Positions 43,375 through 50,985 of a DNA stretch of 64,000 nt are shown here, in pieces (within the stretch, counting starts at the first letter, position 1; each line of letters starts with the position of its first letter). The notes below the pieces were generated by a model, which was given only the letters and a program-made list of their open reading frames with translations, ran no database searches and had not been told where the DNA came from. Location of the stretch: positions 62,001 to 126,000 of IMG/VR virus record IMGVR_UViG_3300025364_000003, one strand, 5' to 3'. The position numbers were made by a program, and so were the translations under genes.

Positions 43375-43970
43375 TTCCTAATGTCAATGAAGAAAAATTT
43401 GATTTTGCAAATGTAAAGGCTGGTACATTAGTTTTTGTCAAGGACACAGTCCCATGCTTCAAACCTCAAAACCTTGAAGACAAAAGCAAAAAAATTCTCA
43501 TGAGTCCCCGCCATTACTCTGGCACGGTCAATTTATCAGGAAATGTTGTTCTTCTCACAAAAATTTCAATTGAAGAAAAAGAAAAGGACGAGCCTTTCTT
43601 TTCTGGGGCAGAAGCCCGACGTTATACTCTTGAAGTTCTTCACGAGGGAAAACTTTATTGTTGTGAAGTTGACACATATTCTCTCGTAAAAAGTTTGGAT
43701 TTTCTTCACATCCCAGAACGACCGATAACTGACAAAACAGATTTGTGGCTAACCACATATTTCGGTGTTGATTGCAACCCCTTTAGGGTCAGGAAAGATT
43801 TCCGGGCTCGCCGAGGAAATAGTTTGGAAGATTTGAAAAAATATCGTCGTCGACTGCCAAGAAGAGACGATGCAGTCAAAACCTTTTATGTTAAAGAGGG
43901 AGAGTTGTGCATTTGCATTGGTGCTCGAAGATCAGCTGCTCGCAGGCTCATCATAATTGATTTTTTGTAA
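43371..43970 (+). CDS. Double SH3-like protein, second domain cut by a stop right after T-TTT-TTG
   Basis: VKAGTLVFVKD...VKEGELCICIG; the -1 frame continues FFVNGVLCWIEL to 44137. Confidence 0.75.
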   Translation: MIPNVNEEKFDFANVKAGTLVFVKDTVPCFKPQNLEDKSKKILMSPRHYSGTVNLSGNVVLLTKISIEEKEKDEPFFSGAEARRYTLEVLHEGKLYCCEVDTYSLVKSLDFLHIPERPITDKTDLWLTTYFGVDCNPFRVRKDFRARRGNSLEDLKKYRRRLPRRDDAVKTFYVKEGELCICIGARRSAARRLIIIDFL

Positions 43971-44066
43971 ATGGCGTTCTGTGCTGGATTGAATTGGAAG
44001 AGACCAGGAAATCCAAAGCAAAGAGATTTGAGCAATTTTTTTATTCTCTGAAGGGAGCAACACCTT

Positions 44067-44492
44067 ATGAAAAGGATCTCAGCACTGAAAGCCGCATTAG
44101 AAGCGAAGAAGGCTGTTCCACAGATTTCCACATCTAGTTTTAATAAAATTAGCTTAAATGGTGAAGGCTTATTGTTGCATTGCATCCTTCCGTTTGAAGG
44201 AAAATTTAAAAGAATAACAGACAAGAGTGGTCGAAATATGTATATCATGCCTGTAATTTCAAAGGATAGCGTTGTTCTTTTCTTAGGTTGTTGGCATTAT
44301 AAGATGAAATTGAAGCCACCAGTGCTAGATGTCGTAGCTAAAAAGGAATTAACTTCACCAATTTGGACCACATGTTTGCGATTCCTGAGTGGACAAGATA
44401 TAGTTAAAGTTGATTGGCACGGAAATGACAAACTTGATCAGTTATATCAAGCTGCAAGTTTTATTTATAAGCATTTCCGACTATGCGAATAG
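44067..44492 (+). CDS. SH3-like family protein
   Basis: ISKDSVVLFLG...RFLSGQDIV. Confidence 0.7.
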   Translation: MKRISALKAALEAKKAVPQISTSSFNKISLNGEGLLLHCILPFEGKFKRITDKSGRNMYIMPVISKDSVVLFLGCWHYKMKLKPPVLDVVAKKELTSPIWTTCLRFLSGQDIVKVDWHGNDKLDQLYQAASFIYKHFRLCE

Positions 44493-44505
44493 GTGAAGGA
44501 ATGCA

Positions 44506-45045
44506 ATGATTTTTATACTTTTTCTCGTGTTGCAAGTTGTACTTGGGTTGTTTTATGGCAACTTTATGGAATGGTTGCTGCACAAATACCTACTGCATAA
44601 CTTAGGCAAAAGGAAAAAATCATCTTTTTCATTTCACTGGTTTGATCATCATAGAAAATCTAGGTTGCATAATTTCTATGATGATGATTATGAAAAAAGC
44701 ATTTGGAATTGGAATGCAAGAGGAAAGGAAGCCGCAGGACTAGGGTTATTATGGTTAGCACATTCCTGGCTTTTCTTTATAGTTCCCGTGTTTGCTTTCA
44801 CAATAACCTATTGCGTATTCAATTATTATATAACGCACAAAATAGCTCATGAGAATCCTGGTTGGGCAAAAATTCATCTTAGATGGCACTGGGAACATCA
44901 CATGGGTAAAAACCAAGAAGCCAACTATTGTGTTACAAAACCTTGGTGTGATTACTTGTTTGGGACCCGTATTCATTATCGGGAAAAAGTTTTAAGAACT
45001 GGAAAAACAAAAATGATACCAATAAAGGAAAACTTTTTTAAATGA
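44506..45045 (+). CDS. Fatty acid hydroxylase / sterol desaturase superfamily membrane protein
   Basis: His boxes EWLLHKYLLH, HWFDHH, HKIAH, HWEHH; C-terminal NY.VT.PW.DYLFGT; TM segments. Confidence 0.88.
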   Translation: MIFILFLVLQVVLGLFYGNFMEWLLHKYLLHNLGKRKKSSFSFHWFDHHRKSRLHNFYDDDYEKSIWNWNARGKEAAGLGLLWLAHSWLFFIVPVFAFTITYCVFNYYITHKIAHENPGWAKIHLRWHWEHHMGKNQEANYCVTKPWCDYLFGTRIHYREKVLRTGKTKMIPIKENFFK

Positions 45046-45476
45046 CAACAGACGAAAGCAATTTCTCAAAAAAAGTTGGAATGACGCTTTCATTTGGTAG
45101 TGAGCAAACACCGTCTAAAGGATGGATACATTTAATTAAAGAAAGAAAAGTGCCCTCTGAAGCCCCGTGGAGAAAAGGCTCCCTAATAAAGGTAAATAAC
45201 TCTCCAGCTCCCTCTAAAATTCTAAACAACTCAGTTGTTATGTTTCTCGAACACAGTCTCATCAAATATAAGGTTTCTGAAACCGAGTACGTTACTGTGG
45301 TAGAAAGCAAAGATACAGAAGATGAGTTAATGGTAACAGCACATGAAAGAAAAGAAACAGACCATCTTCAACACCGAATTACTGTCCTTTTTGACGAAAA
45401 GATTGTTAATCTATACTCACAAGAACTTAGAGGCAACTTTGGAGAGGTGGATAAACAAGAAGCAGGAACAAGATGA
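45042..45476 (+). CDS. SH3-like family protein
   Basis: WRKGSLIKV...LNNSVVMFLE...TVLFDEKI. Confidence 0.75.
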   Translation: MTTDESNFSKKVGMTLSFGSEQTPSKGWIHLIKERKVPSEAPWRKGSLIKVNNSPAPSKILNNSVVMFLEHSLIKYKVSETEYVTVVESKDTEDELMVTAHERKETDHLQHRITVLFDEKIVNLYSQELRGNFGEVDKQEAGTR

Positions 45477-45834
45477 TTGGCGGCAGGTTGAAAAAATTGT
45501 TAATGAATTTAATATACGAGGCTCGGATAGATTTTACGTTGTTCCTGGCAACTTATTGCAACTAAAAGACCAGAATTTTATTAAACCATCAACACTTTCT
45601 CCTGTCGTGTTTTTACCAAAACCTGGGTCCAAGCTTATTAAAACGCCCGAACCAGGTGACACTTTCATGGTTGTATCTCATTCTTTCTCTCAAAAAGAAA
45701 AGGGAAAATTGAACATAGAAATGCTTTGGGGGGACAGAATAGTATTGGCAATAATAGACATGAAAAAATACTCTGTAAGAGATGTATTTTTTATTATTTC
45801 GTCATCATCAGACTGTCGTAAAACCAAACTCTGA
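45343..45834 (+). CDS. SH3-like family protein (true start probably later)
   Basis: VVPGNLLQL...PEPGDTFMVV...EMLWGDRI. Confidence 0.7.
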   Translation: MKEKKQTIFNTELLSFLTKRLLIYTHKNLEATLERWINKKQEQDDWRQVEKIVNEFNIRGSDRFYVVPGNLLQLKDQNFIKPSTLSPVVFLPKPGSKLIKTPEPGDTFMVVSHSFSQKEKGKLNIEMLWGDRIVLAIIDMKKYSVRDVFFIISSSSDCRKTKL

Positions 45835-45958
45835 GCTTGGTCTAATTTATAAAATAAATTTAACAAAATCAAAAAACGTCGTTTACAACTCTGTTTTTCT
45901 TTGTGATACTCATTGAATCGAAATAAAACTTAGATAAAGTATTGTTTGAAAGACTTTT

Positions 45959-46267
45959 TTGAAGAAGACCGAGATGAAAAAAGGTAATAACGATATGCTC
46001 TTATTGAGAACAATAGCCAAGTTTGGTTTTAGCGATAGACCTTGGATATCAACTGAAATTCCTGTTGGTGTCATTGTAAAATTTGTACGTACAATTAAAC
46101 CAAAAATATCAGCACATTCGCAATGTTATTATCACGGACACGGTTCCAATAAATGTCGACACATTGTGATTGAATGGGATGGAATCGAAGTGCCGACTTC
46201 CATTTGTATGGAGGACGCAGCGCTTCATTATTTTGTCGAGGTCAAGACGCAAAATGAGCAATCCTAA
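45959..46267 (+). CDS. Hypothetical beta-barrel protein
   Basis: IPVGVIVKFV...HIVIEWDG; TTTACA-17-GATACT promoter upstream. Confidence 0.65.
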   Translation: MKKTEMKKGNNDMLLLRTIAKFGFSDRPWISTEIPVGVIVKFVRTIKPKISAHSQCYYHGHGSNKCRHIVIEWDGIEVPTSICMEDAALHYFVEVKTQNEQS

Positions 46268-46568
46268 TGGACTTGAAGGACATGAAGGAAAGCTTCTTCA
46301 AGTAAAATCCTTGATCGCCGGATACCCAAAGTGCGAAAATAAAGAGAAGTGGGAAAAATGGGAAACCGCTACACCTGCTAGATGGAGCGGCAGTCAGGAC
46401 TTAGAAGCAGGTACAGTAGGCATGATTGTTTCTTTCGGGGTAGACCGATACGAACAAGCATGGCTTGATTTACTGACAGATGAGAAGGTTTTTAGAATCT
46501 TCTTTAGATACAACCGATGGATGGACCACTTTATCCCATGGCCACATGGTGCGTTTTTAAGAGAATAA
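46254..46568 (+). CDS. SH3-like family protein
   Basis: HEGKLLQVK...LEAGTVGMIV...DLLTDEKV. Confidence 0.75.
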   Translation: MSNPNGLEGHEGKLLQVKSLIAGYPKCENKEKWEKWETATPARWSGSQDLEAGTVGMIVSFGVDRYEQAWLDLLTDEKVFRIFFRYNRWMDHFIPWPHGAFLRE

Positions 46569-46619
46569 ACTCACTCTCTTAAAATTTCGAATATTTTGTT
46601 CGCTATTTAAATTGGCAAT

Positions 46620-47012
46620 ATGGCGTTTCCGTTTATAACAACTGATAAACGTTTTTTTCTTTTACAAGATGGTGTTGAGTATCTTGTACCCGATTCAAGC
46701 TTATTTGATGTCAACCAACAGCCTTTAGATTTTGATTTTTATAAGGTAGAACCCGGTGCTCAATCCGAAGAGTTGATTACAACGCTGTTGCCAGGTGACA
46801 GAGTTTTGAAAACTCTCAACTCAAATGGTGATGTAATCATCACACTCATTAAGCTAGATCCCGACACTGGTGATCGAAATCCTACATTCCAAAATAGAAG
46901 TGCCTTGGGTGACCCAGAAGGTACAGATTATTATCTATATGTTGGCGAAGGTGTAGATTTTAGTGGAGGCCAAAGCGGTCCCCCTGGACCCTCGGGACCT
47001 GGTGGTTTATAA
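46620..47012 (+). CDS. Hypothetical protein with Gly-Pro tail (possibly virion)
   Basis: 130-aa ORF ending GGQSGPPGPSGPGGL. Confidence 0.7.
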   Translation: MAFPFITTDKRFFLLQDGVEYLVPDSSLFDVNQQPLDFDFYKVEPGAQSEELITTLLPGDRVLKTLNSNGDVIITLIKLDPDTGDRNPTFQNRSALGDPEGTDYYLYVGEGVDFSGGQSGPPGPSGPGGL

Positions 47013-47104
47013 TTAAGCGAGTTCGGGTTCTATTTGACAGCTAATCAAACTTTACACTTTTACTATTCTATATTATCCTACTCAACAGCAACAATGGTAA
47101 ATTC

Positions 47105-47941
47105 ATGACTACGGATAATAAACAAAAGAATATTTCAACTAAGTTGAAAATTGGAAATCTTGTTTTCATAAAGACACACAACGCTTTCAGTGGCCACGGA
47201 AATAATTGGGCGACACAAACAACGGGTAAAATTACTCTTCCAAGTTATCAGCGTTCTATATCGCATAGAACAGTAACGGTTCCATATGTTGAACCGCAGA
47301 CAAACACGGGAGGTTGGTACGTAGAATCTCTTGACATTGATAATCATTCATATGATTATAGTGAAGTAATCGATACTACTGGCAAGTTTTCTAGTGAAGA
47401 AATCAATTCTCTAAAACAACTTTATGATGCTTATCTAAACCAAAGTTCTGGCAAAGGTAGGGGTAATAGTGGCAACCTTGGGATGTCCACATGGAACAGA
47501 CCTCCTGCATTTAGCTCGTCAAACAACTGGAAAATCACGACCGGTACTGCCAATGCCACCATTAGCCCAACAACTTTTGGAGGCACGGCAATAATATCCA
47601 CAAGCCTTCCAACGCAGCTTGACGTTTCTTTTTATGCCCATGGATTTGAAAAAATTGAAGACTATTTCAAGGGTCGTGTAAAGCCTGTAGAACAAAAAGA
47701 AGGCTTTACTGAAAAGGAAATTGAGAGTTTGAATAAAACTAAAAACCTGTCGCTTACCTGGGGGAAACCGTTTAAGGGTATAATCGTCGATGTGTTTTCG
47801 CCCAAGTTAAAAACTGTAACTGGCGAAGAGGTAAATCTTGATGTAACCAAAATGCCAACGCTGTACAAAGTATTAATTGATGAAAACAATTGTCTTTGGT
47901 TTAACGCAGACGATGTTTACGAAATGACCGATGAGGAATGA
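47105..47941 (+). CDS. SH3-like family protein with large Ser/Thr/Gly insertion
   Basis: LKIGNLVFIK...FKGIIVDV...YKVLIDENNCLWF. Confidence 0.8.
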   Translation: MTTDNKQKNISTKLKIGNLVFIKTHNAFSGHGNNWATQTTGKITLPSYQRSISHRTVTVPYVEPQTNTGGWYVESLDIDNHSYDYSEVIDTTGKFSSEEINSLKQLYDAYLNQSSGKGRGNSGNLGMSTWNRPPAFSSSNNWKITTGTANATISPTTFGGTAIISTSLPTQLDVSFYAHGFEKIEDYFKGRVKPVEQKEGFTEKEIESLNKTKNLSLTWGKPFKGIIVDVFSPKLKTVTGEEVNLDVTKMPTLYKVLIDENNCLWFNADDVYEMTDEE

Positions 47942-48233
47942 TATGAATCCGCCACTTAGAATGACCACTGGAGTTGAAAGAGTTTTTAGAGCAACCTTTG
48001 ACGGGTTATTCCGTGAGGTTTATCTTCACTGGATTCACTTCTTAGATGAAAACAGCAACATAGTAAGAACAAAGCTTGATAAATCGGTCAAGGGTAGACT
48101 GTATAAAGTTGCTGGACCTAACGAGCACTCACAATATGGAGAAGTAGAATACAAGTTCCCAGACAGTGAAGAGCCGGTCCGCTTAATAGCACTTGGAATT
48201 GACCGTGAAGATCAAAGATATGGAAGGTTTTAG
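47931..48233 (+). CDS. Hypothetical protein
   Basis: 100-aa ORF overlapping the upstream stop. Confidence 0.65.
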   Translation: MRNDMNPPLRMTTGVERVFRATFDGLFREVYLHWIHFLDENSNIVRTKLDKSVKGRLYKVAGPNEHSQYGEVEYKFPDSEEPVRLIALGIDREDQRYGRF

Positions 48234-49408
48234 TCAAACATTTTCATCAAACGAACCTTAATCTCGTTTGGGTGAACTTTGCCTTGGCTGTTTCTTATTT
48301 CTACATTGTAATAAGCGGTCGTGGTGTAAATCTTAACGGTAACTTGTTTAGAACTACTTTTTGGATTCCAATAAGGGTAGTTCACAATTACACTTGTAAT
48401 GTCGCCAACCTTTTCCATTGCATCTTCCGCAGAGGCAAGGTTGATTAGTTGGTATCCCGGTCCTTGTGAAGCCATCTTTGGTCTGAGATACCAATATCCA
48501 TATCCATATGCACTTGCAAGATATGATTTTATAATTTCTTCATCGTAGTTGACTGGGACATTTCTATAAGGCGGGTTTGTAATTTTGTGCTGAACATAAT
48601 CATTCAGACCTTCGACGACTTTTGTTTTGTCTACTCCGCACCCATCAACTATAAATTCATCCAGTACATGAGTCCCGTTTTCAAAACCAATTATGTTTTT
48701 TCTAATAAGTTTTGGTATGAACGCAGAAAAATATCCTGAGTTTGCTAAAGTTTTACCTTCCCTATTCTTAAGGCTGATGTGAATTTTTCTTCCATTTTTA
48801 AGAAGAAAATCAAGGTCTGAGATCATTTCACCAACATCAGTTGGACCTCTTAGAATTGGTCTCTTCACTCTCTTGGAACCGACGTGAATAATTTCTGCAA
48901 CATCTGATGTCTTGATATTGAAAGCATTTAATAAAATCTTGTGAAGCTCTCCACGAGCTTTGTTGTTTTTCTTAACTGCTGCTTTTTGGCTTGCCTTAAG
49001 TTTTTCGATTGTTTGAGTTTCAAAATCGTGACCTCGGTTTGTGCCCTGACCAAATACAATGAAAAACTCAAACTCTCCATGACGCATTACGTAGGTGTTG
49101 AATTTGCTTGAGTCTGACCCTGGCGCACCAGGCGGAATGATCTTGATGACAGAAGCCCCAGCTTCTTTAATAATGTCGGCAAGTTCATCGGACGGCACTT
49201 CCACTTTTGAATTTTGCCTTTGGATTCTATAGGATTTACGTTTTTTACCACTCAGTCTAAGTCTTCCATTAGACAGGTCCACAATCCTACGAGCAATTTC
49301 AACTGGCGACCTAGCTTTGGTTATTTCCAGTTCGGAATTGGGCGTAATAGACACGTCTTCTTTGAGGGTTGGTAAAAATGTTTTGGTTAAAGTTTTCATA
49401 AAAATCAA
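48230..49408 (-). CDS. Putative PD-(D/E)xK-fold nuclease-like protein
   Basis: G..FE early helix and ISDL....ISLK motif. Confidence 0.55.
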   Translation of the reverse strand: MIFMKTLTKTFLPTLKEDVSITPNSELEITKARSPVEIARRIVDLSNGRLRLSGKKRKSYRIQRQNSKVEVPSDELADIIKEAGASVIKIIPPGAPGSDSSKFNTYVMRHGEFEFFIVFGQGTNRGHDFETQTIEKLKASQKAAVKKNNKARGELHKILLNAFNIKTSDVAEIIHVGSKRVKRPILRGPTDVGEMISDLDFLLKNGRKIHISLKNREGKTLANSGYFSAFIPKLIRKNIIGFENGTHVLDEFIVDGCGVDKTKVVEGLNDYVQHKITNPPYRNVPVNYDEEIIKSYLASAYGYGYWYLRPKMASQGPGYQLINLASAEDAMEKVGDITSVIVNYPYWNPKSSSKQVTVKIYTTTAYYNVEIRNSQGKVHPNEIKVRLMKMFD

Positions 49409-50121
49409 TCCTCAAGTGCTTCGTCAAATTCACCATAACGAGCATTGTCTTGTGTTAGAGCCGAGACAACATCAGTTTTAGAAACTTCTTCACGATCGTC
49501 AGCATCGTCGCCATGTGGTGTTTCTGGAATATTGTTCGACGAGGCAATGTTCAATTTAGATTGGTAATCAACTTCGGCACTGTCAGTAGTTTGTACACCA
49601 TATCGTGTCTCTTGCTCGTTTTCAACTATCCCGCCAGCCGAACTTTCAATGTCATCACTTTCTAAAAATAAAGCTTTGAGACTATATTTTGATTGTTTCA
49701 TGTGTTCTTTCCTGGTACGCCAAGCAATTGGTCTGCCACCTCTCATAATAGGATATCGTTTTCCCTTACTATTCTGCGAAGGTTGCCCAGACAAATTTTT
49801 CATAAAGCTCATGAGATCCATGCTGCGCTCATCGTCGTCCCCATCAGTTAATTCACGCTCAATAGCTGGAATCGCTTTATCAAGGTCCGTATCAAACATT
49901 TTTTTCACACCAAGCTTATTTAACTTTTTCAAGATACCAAGCGTTTTTTTGCTAAGCTCATATTTCCCCTTCTTATGAAATTTTTTGAGCTGGTTATCAA
50001 TTATTTGTTTAATAATTGAAGAAAATTCTTCATCCAATATACCCTCTTCAAGAATAAGTTGGTCATTGATGCTTACAGATGCGAAAGTTTCTTTTAAGGA
50101 AGTTTTGGACATTATATACAC
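49405..50121 (-). CDS. Acidic hypothetical protein (possible internal head protein)
   Basis: 238-aa ORF with several LxE motifs; divergent from the portal unit. Confidence 0.7.
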   Translation of the reverse strand: MYIMSKTSLKETFASVSINDQLILEEGILDEEFSSIIKQIIDNQLKKFHKKGKYELSKKTLGILKKLNKLGVKKMFDTDLDKAIPAIERELTDGDDDERSMDLMSFMKNLSGQPSQNSKGKRYPIMRGGRPIAWRTRKEHMKQSKYSLKALFLESDDIESSAGGIVENEQETRYGVQTTDSAEVDYQSKLNIASSNNIPETPHGDDADDREEVSKTDVVSALTQDNARYGEFDEALED

Positions 50122-50163
50122 TCTGGATGTATTTCAAGCATAATTAGACGTTGATAGGTTAAT

Positions 50164-50985
50164 ATGGCACGCAACGAATCATTCTTTCAAAGACTAATCG
50201 AAAGTCATGCTCTTATTCCCCTGGTGCGCAAAGCTCACATGGGCAAGTCTGGGATTTATTTAATTCACAATGTAAGAACTGACCGGTTTTATGTTGGAAG
50301 TGCTACCAACCTCTATACTAGAAAAAATGTTCACCTGACTCAACTAAGAAAAAATAAGCATCACAATATCTTCCTTCAAAGAGATTTTAATAAGACTAAC
50401 GGTGAAATCAAATTTTTTGTATTACATTCAACAGAGAAATCATTACTGATTTCCAAGGAACAAGAAATTTTAGACAAGGTTTTTGGAAAGTCAGATTGTT
50501 ATAACCTAAATCCAATTGCCAATAGCTGGTTGGGTCGAAATCACAATGAAAAAACCAAAAATTTGTTGTCAGTTATAGCACTCAAAAGAAAAATTTCAAA
50601 TAAAACTCGTAAAAAAATGAGCGAATCTAAAAAGGGAATTCCGCTTCCTGAAAACCACTCAATCAGAAACGGCCACAGCGAAAAAACGAAAGAAAAAATC
50701 AGAAATTCGATGATTGGTCAGAAAAATCACTTTTTTGGCAAGACGCATTCAAAAAAAACAAAGAAAAAAATCAGTGAAAGTCTAAAGGGAAAATATTTTG
50801 GTCCCAAAAGCAAAATAAAGGCAACAAACATTATTTCTAGTGAAGTGTTATATTATGAAAGCATGGCCGAAGCTGCCAGAGATTTGAAATTAAACCAAGG
50901 GCATATTAGCAGTGTCTGCTCAGATAAATTTCAACAAACGGGGGGCTGGAAATTTGTAAAGGTGGAAAACAATGGCTCGGAATGA
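50164..50985 (+). CDS. Free-standing GIY-YIG homing endonuclease with NUMOD3-like repeats; begins with the portal's first 11 residues
   Basis: SGIYLI...FYVGSA..R, HHN..LQ.DF, HSEKTKEKI and HSKKTKKKIS repeats, C-terminal YESMAEAARDL HTH. Confidence 0.92.
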   Translation: MARNESFFQRLIESHALIPLVRKAHMGKSGIYLIHNVRTDRFYVGSATNLYTRKNVHLTQLRKNKHHNIFLQRDFNKTNGEIKFFVLHSTEKSLLISKEQEILDKVFGKSDCYNLNPIANSWLGRNHNEKTKNLLSVIALKRKISNKTRKKMSESKKGIPLPENHSIRNGHSEKTKEKIRNSMIGQKNHFFGKTHSKKTKKKISESLKGKYFGPKSKIKATNIISSEVLYYESMAEAARDLKLNQGHISSVCSDKFQQTGGWKFVKVENNGSE

